Program-made: the position numbers and the translations under genes
Notes under the pieces: generated by a model
What the model was told of the DNA's origin: nothing
What the model saw: only the letters and a program-made list of their open reading frames with translations
Database searches by the model: none
Source of the DNA: Candidatus Omnitrophota bacterium
GTDB taxonomy: Bacteria; Omnitrophota; Omnitrophia; Omnitrophales; Aquincolibacteriaceae
DNA: 54,989 nucleotides
Assembly (NCBI GenBank): GCA_043803685.1
Contig: JAZDJU010000119.1
Location: forward strand, 1 to 54,989
Direction of reading: 5' to 3'
In this document: piece after piece, positions 8,689 to 19,089 of the stretch
Position numbering within the stretch: position 1 is the stretch's first letter
How the letters are laid out: every line of letters starts with the position of its first letter

Positions 8689-10948
8689 TTTTGATCTTCT
8701 CCAGCAATGCGCTTGGCAGTATTTTCTTAATAAACTTCCGGAGTTTTGGTGAGATCATTCTTTTGAGTTCGGCCATAGTGATCTTTGTGGATATTACAGG
8801 AAGCCACAAGGAAATGCTCAGGAAGGGATGCAACCTTTGTCCCAAAATCAGCCTCTTTCGCCAGAACAAAAAAAGATCAAGAAACGCACACCACAATGTG
8901 TTCTTCAGCGGACTGCCGACCGACACAACCGCGATGTCCCAATCTTTCGAGAACAATGCGCGAATAAGGGTTTTTTTTGGCGTCGAATCAATAGCCTCTC
9001 CTTTTCTTTGTCTGCCAAGGATAGCGAAGATCTCGCAGCCACGTATGGTTTTCAGCTGTTCCGCTAAATAAGCGGCTGAATGCCCCTCGCCGATGAGCAG
9101 AACCCTTTTATTCCCCAGGATTTTTTCAGGGAACACGTCCGGCATAAACGGTATCCACTGAGCTTCATCGCTAGGACCAAATTTCGACTTTAAAATAAGG
9201 GCGTCCTGATAGGGCATATCCGTGACAAGAACGACATCGGGCTTCAAATCTTTCATCTGGTCCAGCCCGTACTGTGGATAAAAAAAGAATTTCGCGTTGT
9301 CTTTTGCCACGGCGTAGGGATCCACAAACCCGATTATTTTATGAAGATCAAGGCCTGGCACGCCGTGCGCCAGAATGCTTCTCGCGTTCATACCCGTACC
9401 GAAAACAAGAACCCTGTGGGCCGCCTGCAGTTCCTTGGCAACCTTTTCAAACCCAGTTCTTGAGCCAATCCTCGAGAATGAGACATTGAAGCAGTGTCTG
9501 CAGACCAACCTCAGAACAAGACCGTCCCACCGCCAGTTTCCGAAATCCTTTCCTATCTCGCTCCTCTGCCCGCAGACCGGACAGAGCGCGGAGTATTCGT
9601 AACTATCCCGGGAGAGATCCAACCGAGGTGCGCACGGGAACCGTTCTTCCATGAACTTCAGATAGCGCCTGACCTCCAGCATGATGCCGTTGTGAAGGGC
9701 TTCTGTGTCAGGAAAGGCGCTTAAATTCAGGTAACTTTTTCGGGCAATCTCGTGGTCCGCCAGATCGGTATATTTAAGATTCGCCAGGTAGGCATACTCG
9801 TCAGTGATCAGCCCTTTTTCCTTCGCGTGCCGGTAGATCAGGGTCCCCGGGTAGGCGATCGTCAGGTTGATGTTGGAGAACATCTCCGCCTCGATGAGCA
9901 TGTCGAAGGTCTGCTTCAGGTCTTCCTGAGTCTCCCCCTCGCTCCCCACCATAACATTGCATTCATAGGGCATTCCGATCCGTTTGACCTCGCGGAGGAA
10001 CGAAAGTATCTGTTTCCGGTCGATCCCTTTCTTCATGCCCTCGAGGATCCTGTCCGAGCCACTCTCAGCCCCAACAGACACGCCCATGCATCCGGCAGCT
10101 TTCATTTTGGCAAGGATGGACGGCGCAACATCCAGCCTTAGACTGCAGAACCACTCCTTCTTCGGCCCCTCTTCCGCGTAGCGCCTACAGAATTCAACGA
10201 TCTCGTCTTCGGTAGAGAATAAAACCTCTGTCATGACGCCAAAAAGCCCAAATTCATAGTCCGCGTCCAACCGCTTCATTTCGCTTAGAATGTTATCGAT
10301 CTTTCTCGCTCTGAAGCGGCCAAGGGTCGGACTGCAAAAGGAGCAGTGACCATTGCATCCTCTGCCTGTCAAAATCGGGAAGAAAGTTTTTCCGGGAAAA
10401 CTATGATGCTGACTGTTCAGATAGGGTTTCATGTCGATCCGGTGCCATGCAGGTTCCAGATCATCCCTCTCGAGATCTAGCTTGAGCGACGGTCTTCTCT
10501 GAATCGATCCTGTTGTTTTGTCCCTGAAAATGATGCCCGAAAGATCATCAAAGGCGGCACCGGGTTTTCCCAAGCGCTCCAAGAGTTCAGCGAAAGATGT
10601 TTCGGCTTCCCCCATGAGCGCGTAATCGATGCCCAAATGGTCAAAGAGGATCTCGGGTTTGACGCATTGGGTAATGCTTCCGCCCAGGATCACCGGAACC
10701 TGGTTCCCGCATCTCTTGAGTTGCTTGGATAATTCCATAAAGAATGGAAAATCGCCCACAAGCCCGCCTGTCGCGACCGCTAAATAGTCCCGGCCTCTCA
10801 GCCATTTTTCACAGTCAATACTTTCGAAAGCGGCATCGATAAAATCAAAGGGGATACGGTTCTTCTCGAGCGTCGCCAGCACATAGGCCAACCCGATCGG
10901 GAAAAAATGATACTCAGGCTTAATGACCAGGACTTTGCGGGTGATCAT
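8675..10948 (-). CDS. B12-binding radical SAM protein with long C-terminal extension
   Basis: 757 aa; FPIGLAYV, VILGG, GEAE, GRGCNGHCSFC, GAESGS, YPGT; extension with CPVC..CRHC and two Rossmann-like segments (VFGTGMNA, LIGEGHSA). Confidence 0.88.
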   Translation of the reverse strand: MITRKVLVIKPEYHFFPIGLAYVLATLEKNRIPFDFIDAAFESIDCEKWLRGRDYLAVATGGLVGDFPFFMELSKQLKRCGNQVPVILGGSITQCVKPEILFDHLGIDYALMGEAETSFAELLERLGKPGAAFDDLSGIIFRDKTTGSIQRRPSLKLDLERDDLEPAWHRIDMKPYLNSQHHSFPGKTFFPILTGRGCNGHCSFCSPTLGRFRARKIDNILSEMKRLDADYEFGLFGVMTEVLFSTEDEIVEFCRRYAEEGPKKEWFCSLRLDVAPSILAKMKAAGCMGVSVGAESGSDRILEGMKKGIDRKQILSFLREVKRIGMPYECNVMVGSEGETQEDLKQTFDMLIEAEMFSNINLTIAYPGTLIYRHAKEKGLITDEYAYLANLKYTDLADHEIARKSYLNLSAFPDTEALHNGIMLEVRRYLKFMEERFPCAPRLDLSRDSYEYSALCPVCGQRSEIGKDFGNWRWDGLVLRLVCRHCFNVSFSRIGSRTGFEKVAKELQAAHRVLVFGTGMNARSILAHGVPGLDLHKIIGFVDPYAVAKDNAKFFFYPQYGLDQMKDLKPDVVLVTDMPYQDALILKSKFGPSDEAQWIPFMPDVFPEKILGNKRVLLIGEGHSAAYLAEQLKTIRGCEIFAILGRQRKGEAIDSTPKKTLIRALFSKDWDIAVVSVGSPLKNTLWCAFLDLFLFWRKRLILGQRLHPFLSISLWLPVISTKITMAELKRMISPKLRKFIKKILPSALLEKIKNDEK

Positions 10949-11622
10949 CGTTTTACGCTAATCCCTTCATGTGGTTTTTTGCAGAGAGCGATAACATCGC
11001 CCAAAAGCACGTGATGAAAAACCCAGCTTAAAGGCGGTCCGAACCGGAAGACACCAGAGCTTCTCTTATAGTTAGCCACAACAAAGAATTGCCCCAGGAA
11101 TTCGATGAACTCATTCACCGTGAATTCCCGAACATGGGTATGCTCTCCTATGGTCAACTGATACAGCTTCCACGCGAGAGAATCACGGATATTCGTCCCG
11201 ATCACCAAGCTGCCACCTGGTTTAAGCACCCTCAAGAATTCCCTCATAACGTCATCCTGTTCAGCGATGTGTTCGATCACGTTGAAACACACGATCTTAT
11301 CGACGGTGTAGTCCCCGAACTCGAGACGGCGGAGGTCCTGGCGAAAAAATTTTCTTCCCGGAAAACGCTGGACCGCCAAAGTCGCGGCTGTTTCCGAACT
11401 ATCGACGCCGAGGCCGGTTGCGTTGACATCTCTTAGAAGATAGTTCAGCTGATGACCGGCGCCGCAGCCCGCATCAAGAAGGGTCTCCCCGGGTTTCAGT
11501 GCGAGATATTCCTTGATAAGCCTGAAGCTAGGGATGGTATCTAAATCCCGCGTGAGGGCCCGGTCATAGATCTTGTAATAATCCGCGTCATACTGCCTGA
11601 GCTTAAAATCGAAGATCTTCAT
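10945..11622 (-). CDS. Class I SAM-dependent methyltransferase
   Basis: 225 aa; LDAGCGAG, VIEHI, RVLKPGG. Confidence 0.88.
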   Translation of the reverse strand: MKIFDFKLRQYDADYYKIYDRALTRDLDTIPSFRLIKEYLALKPGETLLDAGCGAGHQLNYLLRDVNATGLGVDSSETAATLAVQRFPGRKFFRQDLRRLEFGDYTVDKIVCFNVIEHIAEQDDVMREFLRVLKPGGSLVIGTNIRDSLAWKLYQLTIGEHTHVREFTVNEFIEFLGQFFVVANYKRSSGVFRFGPPLSWVFHHVLLGDVIALCKKPHEGISVKR

Positions 11623-12793
11623 TGAACGCCAGCATCATCCATTTAGTGTCGCAGGTTAGCGTGTGGAATAAATTGCACTCATGAGAACACGCGCACGCGG
11701 CGGTGTCGAAGCCCCTCGCCTTCCCGATGACGCTTTTGAGATTATAGTCTTCCCTCCGGATGTTGGCAAAGGAACGGGTCATCTCACACAAAGCGACATC
11801 GCCCGTCGCATATAATATCAAAAAAGCCCTCCCGGCGTAGCAGCGGAACCAACTGGCCAGACACATGGCCCAGCCATTCACGAGCAGTTCCTTTTTCTGA
11901 AGCATCATGCAAAGTACCAGTTTTTCAAAGAAAAAATACCGGCTTTGGGGATCCACTCCGGCGGAGTATGTCTTCGCGACATGATCGATCTGGCCCGCGG
12001 TGAGCAAGTGGCTATCGGAGGGGTCGTTTTCGGAAAGTTCGCACGGCGGGCGGCCGCCGACGCTCGCATGGCTTCCCCGGACGAAATTAATGCCGACCAT
12101 CATGTCGCCGAGCGTCCTCAGCACCGCGAGCAGCTCGCCAAGATGCATGAAATTGTCCGCGGAAAGGGTGACCCCCGCGACGACGTTGCTGATCTGAGGG
12201 TGTCGGTCCCTGTATTCCAAAAGCAATTTTAGAGTGTTCACGGCGTGGCCGTAGGCTTCGCCGCTGCCGCGCATCCGGTTGTGAATGACCTCGGGGGCAT
12301 CGATCGAAACCTGGATCGTCAGCCGGACCTCCGGGCAATCGGATATCATCCGGTCCAGGAACTCCTTGAGGCGGTCCGTGTAGAAACCGTTCGTATTGAC
12401 ATTGATTTTCCTGATACCGCCCGCCGAGTAGAAGGCCTTCGCGATATCGGCCAGGTCCTTCCTGATAAAGGGTTCCCCGCCGGTCAGCAGCACTTTATCC
12501 ACGGAGCCTTTGGCTCTCGCGGCGATCAAGCCGATCTCTTCAAGCGTCAGCTCCGCGTCGACGTTTTTATTAAGGCTGCCGGACAGGAAGCAAAAGCCAC
12601 AGGACATATTGCAGCGGTTTGTGACAAAAAAAATAAGATCGGAAAGCGAATGGGACTTCTCAAACCTCGACCTCCGCAGGCGCACCGAAAGATCGAGGAG
12701 CCATTTGACCGCGGGCTTGGGAAGCTTCAGGAACAGCTTAAGGCTCGCTGTGAAGAGCCGGGGTGAGAGCGTATAGGGCAGCTTGCGGATCAT
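11603..12793 (-). CDS. Radical SAM protein, SPASM/twitch-type (no B12 domain)
   Basis: 396 aa; CNMSCGFC, TGGEPF, NTNG, C-terminal CYAG...GDVALCE...CACSHEC. Confidence 0.88.
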   Translation of the reverse strand: MIRKLPYTLSPRLFTASLKLFLKLPKPAVKWLLDLSVRLRRSRFEKSHSLSDLIFFVTNRCNMSCGFCFLSGSLNKNVDAELTLEEIGLIAARAKGSVDKVLLTGGEPFIRKDLADIAKAFYSAGGIRKINVNTNGFYTDRLKEFLDRMISDCPEVRLTIQVSIDAPEVIHNRMRGSGEAYGHAVNTLKLLLEYRDRHPQISNVVAGVTLSADNFMHLGELLAVLRTLGDMMVGINFVRGSHASVGGRPPCELSENDPSDSHLLTAGQIDHVAKTYSAGVDPQSRYFFFEKLVLCMMLQKKELLVNGWAMCLASWFRCYAGRAFLILYATGDVALCEMTRSFANIRREDYNLKSVIGKARGFDTAACACSHECNLFHTLTCDTKWMMLAFNEDLRF

Positions 12794-13755
12794 CGCGGGG
12801 ACGGCTTATAGCTCAGATAAGCCGAAAAAAGTGAAGTGATATGAGCGTACGCGATGGAAACGAGGGACACTTTCTTCTCGCCGACCACTTTAACGGCCGC
12901 ACCCGAGACTTTCAGTCCCTTCCGGCCTCCGGAGCCCAGGACCTTGAGGCAATAGACGAAATCTTTCCAGACCACCGAGCTCAGCGGCAGTCCAAGGGTC
13001 CCTGTGGCGATCAGTAACCGGGCTTTATGATAATTATGGGTGTACCGCTTCAGCGAAGAATAAAAAGAATAGACTCCTCCGTCGGCTTTACCGGAAGAAA
13101 AGTGATGGTGGAGGATGCATGTGTTTTTATCCGTAAATAATTTCTTTCCGGACTTACGGATCCTGAGAGAGTAATCCAGGTCCTCCAAAAAGCAGAGCGT
13201 CTCATTAAACAGTCCGACGGAGCGGGCCACTTTCCCGTCCACGAGCATATTGGACGTCGAGAGCGAATCCGGCTCGTAAGGCCCTAGATCTTTCGCGGGA
13301 TATTGGGCGATTCTGGGCAAAGCGTTCTCTTCCCATCCTGTCCGTGAGTGGATCCATTGCCCCGCGATAGTTTCGACGGAGCCCCCCACCGCGCCGATAT
13401 CGCTCCTCTCTTCCATGATCTTGAGCATGTCGCCGAGCAGTGTGGGCGCGGGCAATTCAACGTCGCTGTCCAAAAACCAGAGGTAGTCGCCCGCGGCATT
13501 ACGGATGCCTTCATTGCGGGCTCCCGCGGGTCCGGCATTCCTGGGAAGGTTCAAAAGTTTGATGGGCAGCGGAGAGGATGATCGATAGTTGGTTAATTTC
13601 TGAACGACATCATCGGTGCTCCCGTCGTTGACGATCAGCACTTCCAGGGGCATCGGAACGGACTGGGAAAGCGAGTTCAGCGTATCAATGAGTTCGGCAC
13701 AGCGATTGTAGACCGGGATGATGACGCTGATCGCGGGCTTGGCGAGGGACCTCAT
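12790..13755 (-). CDS. GT2 glycosyltransferase
   Basis: 321 aa; SVIIPVYN, VNDGSTD, GPAGARN, FLDSD, EDLD. Confidence 0.9.
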   Translation of the reverse strand: MRSLAKPAISVIIPVYNRCAELIDTLNSLSQSVPMPLEVLIVNDGSTDDVVQKLTNYRSSSPLPIKLLNLPRNAGPAGARNEGIRNAAGDYLWFLDSDVELPAPTLLGDMLKIMEERSDIGAVGGSVETIAGQWIHSRTGWEENALPRIAQYPAKDLGPYEPDSLSTSNMLVDGKVARSVGLFNETLCFLEDLDYSLRIRKSGKKLFTDKNTCILHHHFSSGKADGGVYSFYSSLKRYTHNYHKARLLIATGTLGLPLSSVVWKDFVYCLKVLGSGGRKGLKVSGAAVKVVGEKKVSLVSIAYAHITSLFSAYLSYKPSPR

Positions 13756-15281
13756 TGGCCCGCTGTAGCTCCCGGAGTTGTCTTATTCGTAAGCGCCTGA
13801 CGCAGCCGTATCCCGAAGACGATCGATCCGACATAGATAAACCTTACGAAGACGAGGAAACCGAACCGCGCCATGTCCCAGTAAAGGGACATCCGCTTGT
13901 TCGCGGGGATATGGATCGTGCCTCCTCCCGTTGTCTTGTACTTTTTGAACCGCTGAAAGGTGCGGGGCCTGAAGTAATATCGCAGGTTGGCCCACATCGT
14001 GTCAAAGATGATCTCGAAACGATTGGAGCCTTCGGGGACATAGGGGATGTCGTTCCCGAAAAGGTAGTACTGAACATTGAAATTGTAGTAGTCCTTTTTT
14101 ACGACGAGTTTGTTCTCCCGCTTGGCCATTTCATAAAGCGCGGTTCCCGGATACGGTACGATGTTGTTGAACCGGGCGTTGTCGATCGGGAGAGCCAGGG
14201 CGTATTCGAGGGACTGTTTCCGCTCCTCGCGAGTCTCCGTCGGAATCCCGTAAATAAAAGCCCCGGAAGTCATCATGCCCTGCTCCGTGATCAGGTCGAT
14301 GGCTTTTTTGATCTGGACGGCGGTCTCTTTTTTGTCGAGGACTTTCAACAGCCGCTCCGAGCTTGTCTCCACGCCCACGCCGAAAAAGGAAAAGTTCGCT
14401 TCCTTGGACTTGGCGACGATCTCCGGCGTGATGGTGTCCGCCCGCGCGCCGCCCTGAAAGGAGGCCTTTTTGTGGAAGCCGCGGCGTAGGATCATGTCCG
14501 CGACGGCGAAAAAATGCTTCTTGTCGACGAACATGACGTCGTCGACGAACATGATGTAATCCTGCTTATATTTGTGGATCAGGATGTCCAGCGACTCTTC
14601 CACCCATTTGATTGGAAAGTGGCGGAACAAGTTCCCGGTGACATTGCGGTTCGAGCAGAAGATGCAGTTGTAGGGGCAACCGCGCGAAGTGCACAGGCTT
14701 CCGAACGCGTTATACTGAGCGATATTCTTCTCGAAAAGGTCGAACGGGAACAAAGGCACGGTCTTGAGATCCACGATCGGCTGGTCGGGGTTGTCGATGA
14801 TCGTTCCGTTGTCCCCAACATAGCTGATGCCCCGGACATCCCGGTAGTCTTTTCCGGCGTAGATCCGTTCGCACAGCTGCGCGAGCACTTCCTCCCCCTC
14901 ACGCCTGACCACGATATCCACGTTCCCGCGCTCAAAGGGTTCATGAGGCATCACCGTGGGGTGCACGCCTCCAATGATGACGGTCGTATCGGGCGCGTAA
15001 CCTTTGATCTTTTTCGCCAGATCCATGGTCCGCCCGATCTGCAACGTCATGCTCGAAAGGCAGACGATCCTCGGTTTGTCGAGGCTGTCGAGCTCTCTCG
15101 TGAGGGTTGCGTCATCCAGCGTTTGAATGCATTCGTCGATCACCCGGATCGGAACATCCATCTTCTTCCGGAGATATCCCGCAAGAAACCCGATGCCGAG
15201 CGGCGGCTGCAGCGACATATTCCGCGTGATGAATGGCCACTGGGCTTTAGGATGGATGGACGGATTTATAAAAAGAGGCAT
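13752..15281 (-). CDS. B12-binding radical SAM protein (class B methyltransferase-like)
   Basis: Start placed at MPLFINP (GGGGA upstream); QPPLGIGFL, GGVHPT, REGEE, SRGCPYNCIFC, GVETSS, PYPGT. Confidence 0.9.
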   Translation of the reverse strand: MPLFINPSIHPKAQWPFITRNMSLQPPLGIGFLAGYLRKKMDVPIRVIDECIQTLDDATLTRELDSLDKPRIVCLSSMTLQIGRTMDLAKKIKGYAPDTTVIIGGVHPTVMPHEPFERGNVDIVVRREGEEVLAQLCERIYAGKDYRDVRGISYVGDNGTIIDNPDQPIVDLKTVPLFPFDLFEKNIAQYNAFGSLCTSRGCPYNCIFCSNRNVTGNLFRHFPIKWVEESLDILIHKYKQDYIMFVDDVMFVDKKHFFAVADMILRRGFHKKASFQGGARADTITPEIVAKSKEANFSFFGVGVETSSERLLKVLDKKETAVQIKKAIDLITEQGMMTSGAFIYGIPTETREERKQSLEYALALPIDNARFNNIVPYPGTALYEMAKRENKLVVKKDYYNFNVQYYLFGNDIPYVPEGSNRFEIIFDTMWANLRYYFRPRTFQRFKKYKTTGGGTIHIPANKRMSLYWDMARFGFLVFVRFIYVGSIVFGIRLRQALTNKTTPGATAGQ

Positions 15282-15323
15282 GGATTCCCCAATTGAAAGC
15301 ATTTGTTCAATGGAACTTCGGGA

Positions 15324-15332
15324 ATCATATCA
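15324..15332 (-). promoter_or_regulatory. Possible extended -10 internal promoter (TGaTATGAT)
   Basis: Minus-strand TGATATGAT about 43 nt upstream of the 15281 start, in one of the few intergenic gaps; no consensus -35. Confidence 0.25.
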
Positions 15333-15387
15333 CAACACGCGCGCGTCCCGATCATTAGGATTTCATGGGAGATCGGCCTGTAGAACG

Positions 15388-16809
15388 TCATCGAACCAGC
15401 CTCACTTTCAGCATGTTGAGGAAGCTTTGAAGGTAACTCACGAGTTGCCTTAGCGAGCGTATCTTGAACAGCGCGCGGAGGATGAATCCCGGACGGAGAT
15501 AGAAATCCTTCACCGCCCGTTTGTACGCGTCGAGGAGATAGCTCTCGGGAACGTTCTTCTGCACATAGAACAGATGGTTCCCCGCGGAATAAGACTCCCA
15601 TTTTTCCCAAAGGGCGTGGTTGATGGTGAGGTCAGGATTCCCTTCGATCATCTGACGGAGTTCGGTGCCACAGTAAGGCTTGATCAGCTCAAAATTGAGA
15701 AAGGTCGGCTTGATCTCCCGCGAGAACCGGATCGAGGTCTCGATGTCCTCGATGGTTTCGCCGGGCACGTTCATCATGAAATACGCCATGGTGTCGATCC
15801 CGATCTTTTTGCATTCGGCGAAAGCCTGGCGCGTCTGGTCCAGAGTAATTCCTTTTTTCAACCGATCCAGCGTTGCCTGAACCCCTGACTCGGCACCGAA
15901 GCCGATATAAAAGCAGCCGGAGCGCTTCATAAGCTTGAGCAACTCGGTGTCGACGAGGTCTACCCGGGTCGAGCACTTCCAGCCGATCCGGAGATTTCGT
16001 TTGATTAAGCCTTCGCAGATCTTGATCATGCGAGCGCGATTGATCGTGATCGTTTCGTCGCAGAAATTGATCTCCCGCGCGCCGTATTTCTTTACGAGGG
16101 ATTCGATCTCGGCCAGGACGTTCTCCGCAGAACGGAGGCGTACGTTCTTGCCGAAGAGGTCGGTATTGCAAAAGACGCACCGGTACGGACAGCCGCGAGA
16201 CGTTAGCATGGTCACGCTCGGAAGTCTTCGGAAAGTCCCCGCCGTTGGATAGTACTTTTTGACCTGAAAATGATGAAGCGCCATGAACGGAATGGTATCG
16301 ATATCTTTGATGAAGGGACGCGGTCCGTTGAAATGGATCTGCCCCGAGCCGTCACGGTAGATCAGACCCCTGACGCCCGCCACATCCTGACCGCCATCGA
16401 GTCTCTTCAGAAGTTCGAGGAAAGTCTCTTCGCCTTCATTGACGATCGCGTAATCGATATCGGCCGATTGGCTGAAGATGTTCTCGCGGTAGGCGTTGAT
16501 ATGGGGGCCTCCGACAACGACCGGAAGGTGCGGGCGGAATACTTTGATCTCCCGCATGATCTCTTTGGCGTGGTCGAACTCTTTTGAGTACGAGGTCACC
16601 CCGACGAGACCGGGTTGAAACTCGCTCAAAACATCGCGAAGCGGCGGGGTCTCGATCTGATAATCGAGAACTCGGATCACATGCCCTTCCTTTTCCAGCG
16701 CGGCTGCCAGATAAGCCAGTGAAAGAGGCAGCGCCTTCTCCGACCCTGAAAACTGGACGGGATGATTTGACGCGAACCGGTAAAGCGGTTTGATCAGCAG
16801 GACTTTCAT
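15388..16809 (-). CDS. B12-binding radical SAM protein
   Basis: 473 aa; MKVLLIKP, LPLSLAYLAA, GGPH, EGEE, SRGCPYRCVFC, FGAESG. Confidence 0.92.
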   Translation of the reverse strand: MKVLLIKPLYRFASNHPVQFSGSEKALPLSLAYLAAALEKEGHVIRVLDYQIETPPLRDVLSEFQPGLVGVTSYSKEFDHAKEIMREIKVFRPHLPVVVGGPHINAYRENIFSQSADIDYAIVNEGEETFLELLKRLDGGQDVAGVRGLIYRDGSGQIHFNGPRPFIKDIDTIPFMALHHFQVKKYYPTAGTFRRLPSVTMLTSRGCPYRCVFCNTDLFGKNVRLRSAENVLAEIESLVKKYGAREINFCDETITINRARMIKICEGLIKRNLRIGWKCSTRVDLVDTELLKLMKRSGCFYIGFGAESGVQATLDRLKKGITLDQTRQAFAECKKIGIDTMAYFMMNVPGETIEDIETSIRFSREIKPTFLNFELIKPYCGTELRQMIEGNPDLTINHALWEKWESYSAGNHLFYVQKNVPESYLLDAYKRAVKDFYLRPGFILRALFKIRSLRQLVSYLQSFLNMLKVRLVR

Positions 16810-17660
16810 CAGAAGGCCTTCTTCATTCGCAGGAAAAGATAAATGGCATCAAACGTAAGAAATCGCGGATAAGCGATCAGCCGGAACAGCGGAAGCAGGC
16901 CCCGGTAGATCCGGAAGATCGGACGGTTCAACCGTTCCATGTGGTCCGCGTAATGGTCTTCGGTGAAATTGCTGCCGCTGGCGATCTGATAGAGCTTGTT
17001 AACGATCACAAGGCTGACCTGCATGAGGTTAAAGAAGAGTCCCGCGAATTTCTGTTTTTCCACGAGCGTAAACAGGGGCTCAAGAGCCGCCAGTAATCGG
17101 TCCGGCGCGATGAACTCCGTGCAGCTTGGATCACTGAGCGCAGTTTTCCGGTGCAGCATGGGATGGTCGGGCGCGACCATTTTGTCAAAAAGGAAAGTGA
17201 GACGGTAAAAAATCCAGCTGATCTTGGGCTTGATGTCGACCGACATGACGAACTCCCCGCCCGGTTTCAGGACGCGGAAGACCTCCGCGAAGAAAAGTTC
17301 GGGCGCGTCCAGATGTTCAACGACCGAATTGACGAAGACGCTGTCAAAGGTTCCGGAATTGAACGGAAGGATTTCGGCATTGGCGCTCAGACAGACGATC
17401 TTCGGCGATGGTGACAGCCTGCGGCACGCGCTCACGTTGTCGAAGCTGATGTCGCAGGAATACACGCGTGCGGCGGCCGCGGCGATCCTCTCCGTGAAAA
17501 AACCAGTAGCGCAGCCGACATCCAGGACGGTCTGGTCCCGGAATTTCTCCCAAACTCCGTTGTCGCGAAAGAATTTATCGCAGACCTGGGTCGAAAGAAG
17601 CAGTTCTTCCGGATGAAAGTTAACGCCTCCCGCTACAGGAATGTTCTTATCAGGCGTCAT
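16809..17660 (-). CDS. Class I SAM-dependent methyltransferase
   Basis: 283 aa; LDVGCATG, LPFNSGTFD, VVEHL, RVLKPGG; TGATG overlap with downstream gene. Confidence 0.88.
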   Translation of the reverse strand: MTPDKNIPVAGGVNFHPEELLLSTQVCDKFFRDNGVWEKFRDQTVLDVGCATGFFTERIAAAAARVYSCDISFDNVSACRRLSPSPKIVCLSANAEILPFNSGTFDSVFVNSVVEHLDAPELFFAEVFRVLKPGGEFVMSVDIKPKISWIFYRLTFLFDKMVAPDHPMLHRKTALSDPSCTEFIAPDRLLAALEPLFTLVEKQKFAGLFFNLMQVSLVIVNKLYQIASGSNFTEDHYADHMERLNRPIFRIYRGLLPLFRLIAYPRFLTFDAIYLFLRMKKAF

Positions 17661-19089
17661 ATTTCTTTCCCATGCGAAAGGTCGCGAGGCCCACTTTCAA
17701 ATAAGACACAAGCCTGTGCCAACTGTCAATTTCTCTCAGGCGTTTGAAAAGCTGGTTGGGCGAAAGATAGAATCCGCGCATGATTTTTTCATAATGCGCA
17801 GTGAGGCTCGATAAACTGAGATGTTCTTCCCAAAGAGGCATTTCAAAGACGGCCATCGGATTCTTCACGTAGGCGAGCCATTTTTGCGGGTCGATGATCC
17901 CCCGGTTGACACCATCCTTGAAGATCGGAGAACCCGGGAACGGGATAAGGATCCCCACCTGAAGATAGTCCGGCCTCAATGTTTTGAGCAGTTCCGGCAA
18001 TTTCCGAATGTCTTCATCCGTGCGGTGGTGCGGGAAACCGATGATGAAATTGGCGGTGGTCTTGACCCCCTGCTTCCGCGTCATTTCAAACACCCGGACC
18101 GCTTGTTCGAGGGTGATGTGCTTCTTGATGGCTTTCAGGCCCTCATCCGTGAAATCTTCGACGCCGTAGATGACGTGGACGCATCCCGTAAGGAAACATT
18201 CCCGCAGCACTTCCTCATTGACTTGGTCGATCCTCCCTCGGAAGATCCATTTGATCTTGAGTCCCCGCTCCTTGAGCCCCCGGCAGAAATCCAGGCAGCG
18301 GTCAGGGGTGATATTAAAAAGGTCGTCCACGATAAAAAAACTGCCGATGCCCTGATCCTTGTGGAGCGCTTCGATCTCGTCAAGGACGTTTGAGATGCTT
18401 CGGCTACGGAAATATTTATCCGCCACGTCGCAAAAAGTACACTGGAACGGGCAGCCCCGCGACGTGGAGATGGTCGCGAACCGCTTTTCCGAAAAGAACG
18501 GATTGTAGTAATCGTCTTCGTTCAGATCCTTACGGCACGGGATTGGCAGTGATTCGAGACTTCGGTCCGGTTTCAGACGTGGGGTCACGCATACCTTCCC
18601 CTGTGGATCCCTGTAATAGAGTGACGGTATCCCGGAAAGATCGCCGGAATTCTCCAATGCGCCCATGAGTGCCAGAAAAGGAATCTCCCCGTCTCCGACG
18701 ACTGCGAAATCGATCTCGGAATGGCCGAGGCTTTCAAGAGGATACAGGTCGACATGAGGACCGCCGATCACCACTTTGATGTTTGCGTCGATGGCCCTGA
18801 TGAGGCGGGCCGTCTGAAGAACATCATAAAAGCACAGTGTATAGGCCGTAATGCCGACGATCTGAGGGGCAAAATCCCTGACAACTTTGGCCAGATCGAT
18901 CCTGTCCGCGGAGGGTACGGTCAGATCGATGATCTTGACATTATGCGCCGTCTCGCGCTTGATCATCGCCTGAAGATACATCAGACCAAGCGGCGGATAG
19001 GCCGAGGTCTCGGAGCCCTTGAGGCGGCGGAAGTTTCGCGAATAGACCGCCTGATGTGTGTTGGGAGGATAAATGAGAAGGATATTCAT
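17650..19089 (-). CDS. B12-binding radical SAM protein
   Basis: 479 aa; MNILLIYPP, YPPLGLMYL, GGPH, GDGE, SRGCPFQCTFC, PFPGS. Confidence 0.92.
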   Translation of the reverse strand: MNILLIYPPNTHQAVYSRNFRRLKGSETSAYPPLGLMYLQAMIKRETAHNVKIIDLTVPSADRIDLAKVVRDFAPQIVGITAYTLCFYDVLQTARLIRAIDANIKVVIGGPHVDLYPLESLGHSEIDFAVVGDGEIPFLALMGALENSGDLSGIPSLYYRDPQGKVCVTPRLKPDRSLESLPIPCRKDLNEDDYYNPFFSEKRFATISTSRGCPFQCTFCDVADKYFRSRSISNVLDEIEALHKDQGIGSFFIVDDLFNITPDRCLDFCRGLKERGLKIKWIFRGRIDQVNEEVLRECFLTGCVHVIYGVEDFTDEGLKAIKKHITLEQAVRVFEMTRKQGVKTTANFIIGFPHHRTDEDIRKLPELLKTLRPDYLQVGILIPFPGSPIFKDGVNRGIIDPQKWLAYVKNPMAVFEMPLWEEHLSLSSLTAHYEKIMRGFYLSPNQLFKRLREIDSWHRLVSYLKVGLATFRMGKKYDA

